From Burkholderiaceae bacterium (GTDB lineage Bacteria; Pseudomonadota; Gammaproteobacteria; Burkholderiales; Burkholderiaceae_E), in NCBI GenBank assembly GCA_036844405.1, contig DAIUFU010000001.1:9644-73643 (forward strand): a DNA stretch of 64,000 nucleotides. The letters are read 5' to 3'. Numbering within the stretch: position 1 is the stretch's first letter; each line of letters opens with the position of its first letter. Under the pieces are notes generated by a model, which saw nothing but the letters and a program-made list of their open reading frames with translations, had not been told where the DNA came from and did not search any database. Shown piece after piece: positions 51,168 through 61,493 of this stretch. The translations under genes and the position numbers were made by a program.

Positions 51168-51196
51168 GTTCGATTCTCCGCTCGGTTCGCCTGGCG

Positions 51197-52300
51197 TCAG
51201 AGCGCCGCATACATGCGTCCCGGGTTGAACATGCCCGCCGGATCGAATGCCTGCCTGAGTTGACGATGCACCCGCCGATTGACTTCGCGCAGCGGATGAA
51301 AGACGCCCACGGCCCGGTCGCCGCCGCGAAACAGCATGGCAGTGCCGCCCAGGCGCTCACATTCGGCGCGGATCCGTCCGGCTTCGGCATCGCTGCGCAG
51401 CCAGCGCAGCGCCCCGCCCCACTCGAGCAGCCAGCGCCCCGGCAGCTCCGGCCAGGCGGCGGTCGACGGCAGGGACAGGCGCCAGAGCGGCGTCGCGGAC
51501 AGTCCTTCGGAAAAAAAAGGATCCGTCTGTTCGCGCAGTTCGCGCCAGCCGTGCTCCGCCTCGTCCGCGTCGATCGGCGTCGCACCATGCCCGTCGGTGA
51601 AGCGCGCAAGCGCAGCGTCGACCGCGGCCGGCGCTCCGGAAAGCCGGACCCGGGCCTCGCCATCCCGCCAGCATGTCGCCGACACCGGCAAGGGTTCACC
51701 CTGCCAGCGATTCATGACCCCGATCACCTCGTCGGCGTCGAGCGCCAGGCGGACACTGGTTTCCCGCTGTGGACGGGGCAGCACCTTCAGTGAAACATCG
51801 AGGATCGGTCCGAGGATGCCGAATGAGCCGCACATCACGCGCGCGACGTCATACCCGGCAACATTCTTCATCACCTGCCCGCCGAAGCGCAGCAGTTGCC
51901 CCTGGCCGTCGGCAATCGTCACCCCGAGGACGAAATCGCGTACCGCGCCCGCACGGACTCGCCGCGGGCCGGACAGTCCGGCGGCGACGACGCCGCCGAT
52001 CGTTGCCGCGTCGCCGAACGCCGGCGGCTCGAAGGCCAGCATCTGGCCCTGCGCCGCCAATGCCTCGTGAACTTCGGCCAGCGGGGTGCCGCAACGCACG
52101 CGCAACACCAGTTCGGTCGGCTCGTACGAGACGATGCCGCGCACGCCACCCAGTTCGAGCCGGTCACCGGCCAGGACCTGCCCCAGGAAATCCTTGGTGC
52201 CGCCACCGATCAGACGCAATGCGCGTCCGTCGCGGGCGGCGGCGCGAATGGCCTCGCACACGGCCGCGACCGGTCGATCCGCAGGCTGCGTCGGACTCAT
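51197..52300 (-). CDS. glcE: Glycolate oxidase FAD-binding subunit
   Basis: GGGTK, YEPTELV, LAFEPP, GGQVMKNVAGYDV, EWGGALRW. Confidence 0.95.
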   Translation of the reverse strand: MSPTQPADRPVAAVCEAIRAAARDGRALRLIGGGTKDFLGQVLAGDRLELGGVRGIVSYEPTELVLRVRCGTPLAEVHEALAAQGQMLAFEPPAFGDAATIGGVVAAGLSGPRRVRAGAVRDFVLGVTIADGQGQLLRFGGQVMKNVAGYDVARVMCGSFGILGPILDVSLKVLPRPQRETSVRLALDADEVIGVMNRWQGEPLPVSATCWRDGEARVRLSGAPAAVDAALARFTDGHGATPIDADEAEHGWRELREQTDPFFSEGLSATPLWRLSLPSTAAWPELPGRWLLEWGGALRWLRSDAEAGRIRAECERLGGTAMLFRGGDRAVGVFHPLREVNRRVHRQLRQAFDPAGMFNPGRMYAAL

Positions 52301-53811
52301 GTCTTCTCCGGTCGTGTCGAGCGCGGCCGCCGGAACTCCGAACAGCGCGCCGGCGTCGGAATCGCCTTGCCAGGGTTGAGGATGGCGGCCGGATCGAAGG
52401 CGTGCTTGACGGCGAAGAAGCGGTCGCGCTCGGCTCGTGAGAACTGCACGCACATCGATTCCAGCTTCTCGACGCCAACACCGTGCTCGCCGGTCACGGT
52501 GCCACCGAATTCCACGCACAGTTCCAGGATCTCCGCGCCGAAGCGCTGGGCACGCTGCCACTGGTCGGCGTCATTGGCATCGAACAGGATGAGCGGATGC
52601 AGATTGCCGTCACCGGCATGAAAGACGTTGATGCAGCGCAGCGAATGACGCTCTTCCATCTGCGCGATCGCCTCGAGCATCCGCCCGATCATGCGCCGCG
52701 GAATCGTGCCGTCCATGCAGTAGTAGTCGGGCGACAGGCGGCCGGCGGCCGGGAACGCGTTCTTGCGCCCGGACCAGAAAAGCAGGCGCTCTGCCTCGGA
52801 CTGCGAGACGCGGATTTTCGTCGCGCCGGCCGTGCGCAACACTTCCTCCATGCGCACGATCTCGTCGGCCACCTCTTCCGGCGTGCCATCGGACTCGGCC
52901 AGCAGAATCGCCGCGGCATCGACGTCATAACCGGCGCGGACAAACTCCTCGACGGCCACCGTCGCCTTGCGATCCATCATCTCGAGGCCGGCCGGAATGA
53001 TGCCGGCGGCAATGATGGCGGCCACGGCGTCGCCGGCGGTGATCACGTCGTCGAACGAAGCCATCAGCACGCGCGCAAGCGGCGGCGCGGCAAGAAGCCG
53101 CACGCTCACTTCGGTGACCACCGCCAGCATTCCTTCGGAGCCGATCACCAGCGCGAGCAGGTCGAGCCCGGGTGCGTCGAGCGCCTCCGAGCCGAACTCG
53201 ACCGCCTCGCCGGCGCTGGTGAACCCGCGTACCCGTAGCACGTTGTGCACGGTCAGCCCGTACTTGAGGCAGTGAACGCCACCGGAATTCTCGGCGACAT
53301 TCCCGCCGATCGAGCAGGCGATCTGCGACGACGGGTCCGGCGCATAGTAGAGACCGTGAGCCGCCGCGGCTTCCGAAATTGCCAGATTGCGCACGCCGGG
53401 CTGCACGCGGGCGATGCAGGCCAGCGGATCGATCGACAGGATGCGGTCGAATTTCGCCATCGACAGGACGACGCCGGCCGCGTGCGGCATCGAACCACCC
53501 GACAGGCTCGTGCCGGCACCGCGCGGCACCACCGGGACATCCAGTTCGTGGCATGCCTGCAGCAGCGCGCGCACTTCCTCGTCGCTCTCCGGCAGGGCGA
53601 CGGCCAGCGGCAACTGGCGCCAGGCACTCAGCCCGTCGCATTCGTACACGCGCGTGTCTTCGGCCCGATGCAGCAGGCGCGACGGCGGCAGGATGGCCGC
53701 CAGCCGCTCGAGGATCGCCTGGCGCTGCGGGCCGGCGGGCGTGCGGTGCAGATCGGTGTGACGCAAGGTTGCGTCCTCATCGCTGATGCGCGGAGCGGCT
53801 TCTACATCCAT
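52297..53811 (-). CDS. glcD: Glycolate oxidase subunit
   Basis: YECDGLSA, PRGAGTSLSGG, YYAPDPSSQIACSIGGN, HCLKYG, HAGDGNLHP, GEHGVG. Confidence 0.96.
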   Translation of the reverse strand: MDVEAAPRISDEDATLRHTDLHRTPAGPQRQAILERLAAILPPSRLLHRAEDTRVYECDGLSAWRQLPLAVALPESDEEVRALLQACHELDVPVVPRGAGTSLSGGSMPHAAGVVLSMAKFDRILSIDPLACIARVQPGVRNLAISEAAAAHGLYYAPDPSSQIACSIGGNVAENSGGVHCLKYGLTVHNVLRVRGFTSAGEAVEFGSEALDAPGLDLLALVIGSEGMLAVVTEVSVRLLAAPPLARVLMASFDDVITAGDAVAAIIAAGIIPAGLEMMDRKATVAVEEFVRAGYDVDAAAILLAESDGTPEEVADEIVRMEEVLRTAGATKIRVSQSEAERLLFWSGRKNAFPAAGRLSPDYYCMDGTIPRRMIGRMLEAIAQMEERHSLRCINVFHAGDGNLHPLILFDANDADQWQRAQRFGAEILELCVEFGGTVTGEHGVGVEKLESMCVQFSRAERDRFFAVKHAFDPAAILNPGKAIPTPARCSEFRRPRSTRPEKT

Positions 53812-54091
53812 GTCGTTTCGGCGTCCAGTGCAACATTCCGGCGAACAGGACTTGATTGTCGCCGGAAAGTGGTTCCCGATACACTTTTCGCCTCTGTGCC
53901 CGGGCGGACAGGCACGCAATCCGGGCCGTCGGCAAGCCGGTTGGCCCGGTCGGCGGGCAGGACAATGGTTGCACCGACACACCGGCAGCGCGACACTGCG
54001 GGTGCGCGCGGCAGGCGGACACCACTGTCGGACGCATGCATGCCGGGCAGCCCGTCCGAACGCAACAGACATTTCTTCTACGGAGACACCC

Positions 54092-54643
54092 ATGTCCATG
54101 CAGGATACGGTCTGGCAGATCTCGGTCGTCCTGATGGCGATCCTGCTTGCCGTTTTCATCTTCGTCTGGTCGCAATCCTCGGTGCGCGAGGAGGATTTCA
54201 CGCCGCTGCAGAAACGCGCCTACCGGATGCGCACCTTCTTCTTCTGGTTCCTGGTACTGACGCTCGGTCCGGCGATGATCTACAACCTCATCGACCTGCC
54301 GTACCCGACGAGCGCCGAAGCGCGCGCCGCCGATGCGCAGGTGATCGATGCCGAAGGCCATCAGTGGTACTGGACACTGAGCGCCGATCGGGTCGAAACC
54401 AACCGGCCGGTCCTGTTCCGCGTCACCAGTGCCGACGTCAACCACGGCTTCGGCCTCTATGACCCGTCGATGCGTCTGGTCGCACAGACCCAGGCGATGC
54501 CGGGCTACACGAACACCCTGCGCCACACCTTCACCGAGCCCGGCAAATACAAGGTGCTGTGCATGGAGTACTGCGGCCTGGTTCACCACAACATGATCGC
54601 CGAGATCGACGTCGTCGATGCGGGCACAGCGACGAAGGAGTAA
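54092..54643 (+). CDS. CuA-containing heme-copper oxidoreductase subunit II (sNOR subunit II / NorS-like)
   Basis: Two TM helices, GHQWYW, DVNHGF, QAMPGY, CMEYCGLVHHNM CuA motif; GGAG RBS. Confidence 0.9.
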   Translation: MSMQDTVWQISVVLMAILLAVFIFVWSQSSVREEDFTPLQKRAYRMRTFFFWFLVLTLGPAMIYNLIDLPYPTSAEARAADAQVIDAEGHQWYWTLSADRVETNRPVLFRVTSADVNHGFGLYDPSMRLVAQTQAMPGYTNTLRHTFTEPGKYKVLCMEYCGLVHHNMIAEIDVVDAGTATKE

Positions 54644-54647
54644 GGCG

Positions 54648-56144
54648 ATGGCGAACGTGGACGCGAAGGCGAACGAGACGGCACTCGATCACGGGGCCCA
54701 TCCGGCCGCGCTCGGCGCACTGGTGGCGGGAGTCGCCACACTGGCACTGATGATGATCTTCGGCGTGCTGATGCGCATGCAGCAGGCCGGATACATCGAC
54801 ATGGGTCCCATGTCTTTCTACGAGCTGATGACCCTGCACGGCGCCGGCATGGTCGGTATCGCCGGGCTCACCGGCATCGCCATCCTGTGGCATTTCCTCA
54901 GCCAGTACGTGCGCCTGTCGGTCGGCGTGTTCGTCACCAACCTGCTGCTGTTCCTGATCGGCGTCGTCATGATCCTCCTGTCCGTGTTCGGCGGACACTT
55001 CCACGGTGCCTGGACCTTCCTCTTCCCGCTGCCCGGGATCGCGCAGGGCACCTGGAGCACCGGCGCCGCCGCGCTCTTTCTCGGCGGCATGCTGGTCATC
55101 GGCACCGGCTTCCTGCTGCTGCATCTGGACATTGCGCGTGCGATCATCGCGCGCCATGGCGGCCTCGGACGCGCACTGGGCTGGCCGCAGCTGTTCGGCA
55201 ACGACCCGGAACCGCCGCCCCCGCCGACCATCGTCGCATCGACGATGGCGACGATCGTCAACCTGTTCGGTGTCGCCGCCGGCGCGATCATCATCGTGAT
55301 GATGCTCGTGAACCTGTACTACCCGGGCTTCGGTATCGACGCGCTGTTCGCGAAGAACCTGATCTATTTCTTCGGACACGTCTTCATCAACGCGACGATC
55401 TACATGGCGGTCATCGCCGTCTACGAGATCCTGCCGCGCTACACGCAGCGACCGTGGAAATCGAATCGCGCCTTTCTCGCCTCCTGGACGGCCTCGACCA
55501 TCATGGTGCTGTTCATCTATCCGCACCACCTGCTGATGGACTTCGCGATGCCGACCTGGGCACTGGCGATGGGCCACATCATCGGCTACCTGAACACCTT
55601 CCCGATCCTGGTCGTCACCGGCTACGGTGGTCTGATGATCGTCTATCGTTCCGGCATCCGCTGGGATATGGCCTCGGCACTGCTGTTCACCTCCCTGTTC
55701 GGCTGGGCGGCAGGAGCGATGCCGGCCTTCATCGACGGGACGATCCGCGTCAACTACGTCATGCACAACACGCTGTGGGTGCCCGGGCACTTCCACACCT
55801 ATCTGCTGCTGGGCATGATCACGATGGTCTTCGGCTTCCTCTACTTCATCGGCAAGAGCGAGCGCGAGCCGCGCGAGAATTTCCTCGACCGGGCCGCCTT
55901 CGCCGTCTTCGTTGTCGCCACCCTCGGCTTCACGCTCAGCTTCCTGTATTCCGGCCGCGAAAGCGTGCCCCGTCGCTACGCCGAGCATCTGCCGGAATGG
56001 ATGCCATACGATCGCGTGGCGACCGTCTTCGCCTGGCTGGTGGTTGCTGCGGTTCTGGTCTTTGCCGTACGCTTCTTCACGCGCCTGTCGGCGGCGACGC
56101 GCGATGCGCCACGCGCACGACTGGCCGTGACCCGCTCCGCATGA
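54648..56144 (+). CDS. Heme-copper oxidoreductase subunit I, B-family-derived, probable NO reductase (sNOR / NorY-like)
   Basis: His ligands LMTLHG, FFGHVFIN, YPHH, GHFH and PRRY loop; helix VI has Asn instead of the crosslinked Tyr. Confidence 0.8.
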   Translation: MANVDAKANETALDHGAHPAALGALVAGVATLALMMIFGVLMRMQQAGYIDMGPMSFYELMTLHGAGMVGIAGLTGIAILWHFLSQYVRLSVGVFVTNLLLFLIGVVMILLSVFGGHFHGAWTFLFPLPGIAQGTWSTGAAALFLGGMLVIGTGFLLLHLDIARAIIARHGGLGRALGWPQLFGNDPEPPPPPTIVASTMATIVNLFGVAAGAIIIVMMLVNLYYPGFGIDALFAKNLIYFFGHVFINATIYMAVIAVYEILPRYTQRPWKSNRAFLASWTASTIMVLFIYPHHLLMDFAMPTWALAMGHIIGYLNTFPILVVTGYGGLMIVYRSGIRWDMASALLFTSLFGWAAGAMPAFIDGTIRVNYVMHNTLWVPGHFHTYLLLGMITMVFGFLYFIGKSEREPRENFLDRAAFAVFVVATLGFTLSFLYSGRESVPRRYAEHLPEWMPYDRVATVFAWLVVAAVLVFAVRFFTRLSAATRDAPRARLAVTRSA

Positions 56145-56172
56145 GACGGGTGCCGGGCGCGCGTGAGGCGAC

Positions 56173-56775
56173 GTGAAATGGATCGACGCCAGAGGATCCG
56201 GCTTCCTGCCCGGGTGGGTGGTCGGCGCGACACTGCTGGTCCTGCTGGCCCTGCCCTGGTCGCGTGCCTGGCTCGAGGCATCGATGACGCGGCACATGCT
56301 GGTGCAGATGCCGCTGCTCGCGGCGGCCGGTTTCGTGCTCGCCAGGGCACTGTCGGCCGACTGGCGCGAGCGCCTGAGGGCGCGGGCCGGAGGCGTCGTT
56401 CCCTGCCTGCTGCTGGCGATGGCCACCACGACGTTCTGGATGATCCCGCGTGCGCTCGATCTCGCGCTCGAACAAGGCAGTGCCGAAGCGGCGAAATTCC
56501 TCAGCCTGCCGCTGCTGGCCGGCGTGCCGCTGGCGCTGGCCTGGCCGCACATCGGCATCTTCGGGCGCGGTTTCGTCTGGTCGAACCTGGCCAGCATGCT
56601 GGCCGTGCTCGGCTGGCTGTACCGGGCGGCGCCGATCCGCGTGTGCAACGCCTACGGCGAGACCAGTCAGTTCACTGCCGGAACGTGGATGATCGTGCTT
56701 GCCGTCACCATCTTCGCCGCCTGGCTGGCCAGCCTGCTGCTGTCGCCGGCAGGCAGCCATCCGCCGCAGGGCTGA
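56173..56775 (+). CDS. Membrane protein, CtaG(caa3)-like oxidase assembly factor
   Basis: Multiple TM helices, SMTRHMLVQMPLL motif, FWMIP; cotranscribed position after subunit I. Confidence 0.62.
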   Translation: MKWIDARGSGFLPGWVVGATLLVLLALPWSRAWLEASMTRHMLVQMPLLAAAGFVLARALSADWRERLRARAGGVVPCLLLAMATTTFWMIPRALDLALEQGSAEAAKFLSLPLLAGVPLALAWPHIGIFGRGFVWSNLASMLAVLGWLYRAAPIRVCNAYGETSQFTAGTWMIVLAVTIFAAWLASLLLSPAGSHPPQG

Positions 56776-56820
56776 AGCGATCCGCCCCGACGATGCGAAC
56801 CCTTCTGGAGATGCTTTCCC

Positions 56821-57837
56821 ATGAGCCGAGTCGTTGACGGTTTCACCGGTGCCATCGGCAAGACCCCCTTGCTGCGCCTGCGCAAGGCATCGGAGCTGAC
56901 CGGGTGCGAGATCCTGGCCAAGGCCGAATTTCTCGAGCCGGGCGGCTCGATCAAGGACCGCACCGCATGGTTCCTGATCCGTGACGGCGAGCGGCGAGGG
57001 CTGTTGCGCCCGGGTGGCACGGTCGTCGAAGGCACGGCCGGCAATACCGGCATCGGTCTGACGCTGGTCGCCAATGCGCGTGGCTACCGGACGGTCATCG
57101 TCATCCCCGAAACCCAGAGCCAGGAAAAGAAGGACCTGCTGCGCCTCTACGGTGCCGACGTGCGCGAGGTGCCGGCGGCGCCGTTTCGCGACCCGGCCAA
57201 TTACGTGCACGTGGCCGAACGCCTGGCCGCCGAACTGGCCGAGAGCCTGCCCGGAGGTGCGTTCTACGCCAACCAGTGGGAAAACACGGCCAACCGCGAC
57301 GGGCATCGGGCAACGACCGGGCCCGAGATCTGGCAGCAGAGCGAAGGCCGGATCGACGGTTTCGTCTCGGCCATCGGCACCGGCGGCACGCTGGCCGGTG
57401 TCGCAGAGTTCCTCAAGTCGATCGACCGCGGCATCCGGGTCATCGCCGCCGATCCGCCCGGCGCGGCCATGTATTCATGGATCCGGCACGGCCGGCTCGA
57501 GTCCGAGGGCAACTCGATCACCGAAGGCATCGGACTCGGCCGGGTCACGGCGAACATCAAGGATGCACCGGTCGACGACGCCTACCGGATCGAGGATGAC
57601 GAGGCGCTGGAGGTGATCTACGGACTGCTGCGCGATGAAGGTCTGTGCGTCGGCGGCTCGAGTGGCGTGAACGTTGCCGGTGCCATCCGGCTGGCACGCG
57701 AACTGGGCCCGGGTCACACGATCGTCACGATGCTGTGCGACTCGGGCCAACGCTACAGCCGGAAACTGTTCAATCCCGAATTTCTGCGCGAACGCCAGTT
57801 GCCGGTGCCGGACTGGCTCGCCGGCTTCGCGCCATAG
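56821..57837 (+). CDS. Cysteine synthase (PLP-dependent, O-acetylserine sulfhydrylase family)
   Basis: KAEFLEPGGSIKDR, EGTAGNTGIG, GTGGT, EGIG, GGSSG, LCDSGQRY. Confidence 0.92.
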   Translation: MSRVVDGFTGAIGKTPLLRLRKASELTGCEILAKAEFLEPGGSIKDRTAWFLIRDGERRGLLRPGGTVVEGTAGNTGIGLTLVANARGYRTVIVIPETQSQEKKDLLRLYGADVREVPAAPFRDPANYVHVAERLAAELAESLPGGAFYANQWENTANRDGHRATTGPEIWQQSEGRIDGFVSAIGTGGTLAGVAEFLKSIDRGIRVIAADPPGAAMYSWIRHGRLESEGNSITEGIGLGRVTANIKDAPVDDAYRIEDDEALEVIYGLLRDEGLCVGGSSGVNVAGAIRLARELGPGHTIVTMLCDSGQRYSRKLFNPEFLRERQLPVPDWLAGFAP

Positions 57838-57958
57838 CAGACGGCAAGGCGGAACTTTTCCGCGTCGATTCCGGCCAACCGGCCGGCAACGACGAACACC
57901 CGACGACTGATACCATCGGCGCCTGTGAACGCCGATTCTTCGCTTCCGGAGCCAGACC

Positions 57959-58345
57959 TTGGACAACCCTGCCGATCTCCGCTACACATCGACCCACGAA
58001 TGGGTACGCCGCGAACCCGACGGAACGCTCACCGTCGGCATCACGTTCCACGCACAGGATGCGCTCGGTGAACTCGTTTATGCCGAACTGCCCGACGTCG
58101 GACGCGTCCTGAAGCTGGCCGAGGCCTGCGTGGTCGTCGAATCGACGAAAGCGGCATCCGCCGTGTACGCCCCGGTCGACGGCGAGGTGGTGGCCGTCAA
58201 TCCGGCGCTGGCGGACGCGCCCGAGACCGTCAACAACGATCCGTTCGGTGCCGGCTGGCTGTTCCGGCTGCGCCCGTCCGACCCGGCACAGGTCGATGCA
58301 CTGCTCGACGCCGCACAATACGAGGCCGGCCCAGCCAGCGAATGA
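57959..58345 (+). CDS. gcvH: Glycine cleavage system H protein
   Basis: [25 protein letters not shown] lipoyl Lys, [12 protein letters not shown] start after GGAG. Confidence 0.95.
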   Translation: MDNPADLRYTSTHEWVRREPDGTLTVGITFHAQDALGELVYAELPDVGRVLKLAEACVVVESTKAASAVYAPVDGEVVAVNPALADAPETVNNDPFGAGWLFRLRPSDPAQVDALLDAAQYEAGPASE

Positions 58346-58415
58346 TGTGCGTCGGACGCCACTGGCGTCCCCGCTTTTCCCCTTTGCATCACCCGCCCCC
58401 CGGGGATTTCCTTCG

Positions 58416-61400
58416 ATGAACGCTCCCGCACTGCTCGGCGCGCGCCTGCGCGCGCTGTCCGGATCGTCCGTCGCCGCCCAGGATGCGCCTGGACGAAGCG
58501 ACTTCGTCGACCGCCACATCGGACCGGATCGCGCCGAAGAAGACGCGATGCTGGCCGAACTCGGTTATCGCTCGCGCACCGAACTCGTGCGCGCGATGCT
58601 GCCGGAGCACATCCTGCTCGACACACCGCCGGCGCTGCCGGCGGCCGTCGACGAAGCGGCGGCGCTGGCCGAACTGCGCACCCTGGCTGCGCGCAACGAG
58701 TGCTGGCGCAGCTTCATCGGCACCGGCTATCACGGCACGATCATGCCGGAAGCGATCCGGCGCAACGTGTTCGAGAACCCGGGCTGGTACACCGCCTACA
58801 CGCCCTATCAGGCCGAGATCGCGCAGGGCCGGCTCGAAGCGCTGCTGACCTTCCAGCAGATGGTGATCGATCTGACCGGACTGCCGATCGCCAACGCGTC
58901 GCTGCTGGACGAGGCCACGGCGGCGGCCGAGGCGATGGCGATCGCACGCCGTGCCGCGAAATCGAAGACAACACGCTATTTCGTCGAGCGCGACACGCAC
59001 CCGCAGGTCATTGCCGTCCTGCGCACGCGTGCGCTGCATCTGGGCATCGAGATACACGTCGCCGATGCCGATACCCTGTCTGCCAATGCGGAGAGCTGTT
59101 TCGGCGCGCATCTGCAGACGCCCGACACCCGCGGACGGCTGCGCGACTTCAGCGCCGACATCGCGGCACTGCACGAGGCGGGCGCGCGCGTTACCGTCGG
59201 CTGCGATCCGCTCGCCCTGCTGCTGACGAAGTCGCCAGGCGAGATGGGTGCCGACATCGCGATCGGATCGGCGCAGCGCTTCGGCATCCCGCCCGGCTAC
59301 GGCGGCCCGCACGCAGCCTTCCTGGCAGCCCGCGCCGATCTGCTGCGCACGATTCCGGGGCGCATCATCGGCGTCTCGCGCGATGCCGCCGGAAAACCGG
59401 CGCTGCGCATGGCGCTGCAGACGCGCGAGCAGCACATCCGGCGCGAAAAGGCGACCAGCAACATCTGCACATCGCAGGCGCTGCTGGCCAACCTGGCGGC
59501 GTTCTATGCCGTCTGGCACGGCCCCGACGGGCTGCGGGCCATTGCCGAACGCGTGCACGGCCTGACGCGCCTGCTCGCACATCTGGTGGCCGGCAACGCC
59601 GACGCGACGGGGCACACGTCGTCCGTCGCGGCGAACGCGGCGCCCGCGCCGGCAGCCACGCACTGGTTCGACACGCTCGTCTACGACGGCCTCGACGTCG
59701 CATCGGTACGTGCGCGCGCCCATGCACAACGCATCAACCTGCGCTACCACGACGACGAGAGCGGCGATGGAGACGGAGAGGAAGATGGACGCCCGGGCGG
59801 CGCCGGCACGGGTGCCGATGCGCATGCAGGCACCCGGCGGGCGCAACGGCTGATCGGCATCACGCTGGACGAAACGACGACGCTGGCCGACGTCGGCGAT
59901 CTCGCCTGGGTGCTCACCGGCCACCGCGTCGACGAGGAAACGCTGGCGGCGCTGGCGGCCGGCTTTCCGCTGGCCGGCGAAGAGATCCCCGCCGGCCTGC
60001 ACCGGCACGATGCCGTACTGACGCACCCGGTCTTCCGGCGCCACCACAGCGAAGCCGCGTTCGTGCGCCATGTGAAGCGGCTGGAAAACCGCGACCTGTC
60101 TCTGGTGCACTCGATGATCCCGCTCGGCTCGTGCACGATGAAGCTGAACGCGGCGGCCGAAATGGCACCGGTCAGCTGGCCGGAATTTGCCGCTCTGCAC
60201 CCGTTCGTGCCGCCCACACAGGCGCAGGGATACCACGACATGCTGGCGCAACTGGGGCAATGGCTGGGCGCGATCACCGGCTTTCCGGCAGTGTCGTTCC
60301 AGCCGAACTCGGGCGCGCAGGGCGAATATGCCGGCCTGCTGGCCATCCGCCGCTACCTCGATTCGATCGGCCAGCAGCACCGCAACGTCTGTCTGATCCC
60401 GGCGTCGGCACACGGCACCAATCCGGCATCGGCACAGATGATGAGCATGCACATCGTCGTCGTCGGCTGCGACGCACAGGGCAATGTCGATCTGCAGGAC
60501 CTCGCGCGCCAGGTCGAGCGGCATCGCGACCGCCTGGCCGCGCTGATGATCACCTGGCCTTCCACGCACGGCGTGTTCGAGCCGGGCATCGTCGATGCCT
60601 GCCGGCTCGTGCACGAGGCCGGCGGCCAGGTGTACATGGACGGCGCCAACCTGAACGCGCAGGTCGGGCTGACGGCGCCGGCGCGCGTCGGTGCCGACGT
60701 CTGTCACATGAACCTGCACAAGACCTTCTGCGTGCCGCACGGCGGCGGTGGCCCGGGTATGGGGCCAATCGCCGTGGCGGCGCATCTGGCGCCCTTCCTG
60801 CCGACCGATCCGCTGCGCAGCGCCGACCGCGCCGGTGCCGTTTCGGCCGCGGCCAACGGCAGCGCGCTGATCACGACGATCTCCTGGATGTACATCCGGA
60901 TGATGGGTGCCGACGGACTGCGCCGGGCCACCGAGACGGCGATCCTCTCCGCCAACTACATCGCCCGCCGCCTCGACCCGTATTTCCCGGTGCTCTATCG
61001 CGGCCGCAACGGCCTGGTCGCGCATGAATGCATCATCGATCTGCGCACCGTCAAGGCGCGCTGCGGCGTGAGCGCCGAGGACATCGCCAAGCGGCTGATG
61101 GACTATGGCTTTCACGCGCCGACGCTGTCGTTTCCGGTGGCCGACACGCTGATGATCGAGCCGACCGAATCGGAACCAAAGGACGAGCTCGACCGTTTCT
61201 GCGACGCGATGATCGCCATCCACGGCGAACTCGAACGCATCGAACGCGGCGAACTCGGGCGCGACGACAATCCGCTGCGCAGCGCACCGCACACGGCTGA
61301 CATGCTCGGCAGCGAGTGGGCGCACGGCTATTCGCGCGAGGAAGCCGCCTGGCCGCTGCCCTGGGTGCGCGAGGCCAAATTCTGGCCGGCCGTGGCGCGC

Positions 61401-61493
61401 ATCGACAATGCCGCCGGTGACCGGCAGCTCGTGTGCACGCTGCCGCTGCCGGAGGCGGCGGCCGACCAACCGGTACGGACGGGAAGGACATGA
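58416..61493 (+). CDS. gcvP: Glycine dehydrogenase (decarboxylating), P protein
   Basis: [69 protein letters not shown]. Confidence 0.97.
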   Translation: MNAPALLGARLRALSGSSVAAQDAPGRSDFVDRHIGPDRAEEDAMLAELGYRSRTELVRAMLPEHILLDTPPALPAAVDEAAALAELRTLAARNECWRSFIGTGYHGTIMPEAIRRNVFENPGWYTAYTPYQAEIAQGRLEALLTFQQMVIDLTGLPIANASLLDEATAAAEAMAIARRAAKSKTTRYFVERDTHPQVIAVLRTRALHLGIEIHVADADTLSANAESCFGAHLQTPDTRGRLRDFSADIAALHEAGARVTVGCDPLALLLTKSPGEMGADIAIGSAQRFGIPPGYGGPHAAFLAARADLLRTIPGRIIGVSRDAAGKPALRMALQTREQHIRREKATSNICTSQALLANLAAFYAVWHGPDGLRAIAERVHGLTRLLAHLVAGNADATGHTSSVAANAAPAPAATHWFDTLVYDGLDVASVRARAHAQRINLRYHDDESGDGDGEEDGRPGGAGTGADAHAGTRRAQRLIGITLDETTTLADVGDLAWVLTGHRVDEETLAALAAGFPLAGEEIPAGLHRHDAVLTHPVFRRHHSEAAFVRHVKRLENRDLSLVHSMIPLGSCTMKLNAAAEMAPVSWPEFAALHPFVPPTQAQGYHDMLAQLGQWLGAITGFPAVSFQPNSGAQGEYAGLLAIRRYLDSIGQQHRNVCLIPASAHGTNPASAQMMSMHIVVVGCDAQGNVDLQDLARQVERHRDRLAALMITWPSTHGVFEPGIVDACRLVHEAGGQVYMDGANLNAQVGLTAPARVGADVCHMNLHKTFCVPHGGGGPGMGPIAVAAHLAPFLPTDPLRSADRAGAVSAAANGSALITTISWMYIRMMGADGLRRATETAILSANYIARRLDPYFPVLYRGRNGLVAHECIIDLRTVKARCGVSAEDIAKRLMDYGFHAPTLSFPVADTLMIEPTESEPKDELDRFCDAMIAIHGELERIERGELGRDDNPLRSAPHTADMLGSEWAHGYSREEAAWPLPWVREAKFWPAVARIDNAAGDRQLVCTLPLPEAAADQPVRTGRT

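Noticed and set aside
53852..53865. FNR/DNR box upstream of the sNOR-like operon
   Set aside because: Only the TTGAT half-site is present; the second half is GCCGG, not ATCAA.
54648..56144. Ordinary aa3, ba3 or cbb3 cytochrome c oxidase
   Set aside because: Lacks the HPxVY Tyr of A/B families, and has a CuA subunit II rather than the ccoO/ccoP cytochromes of cbb3.
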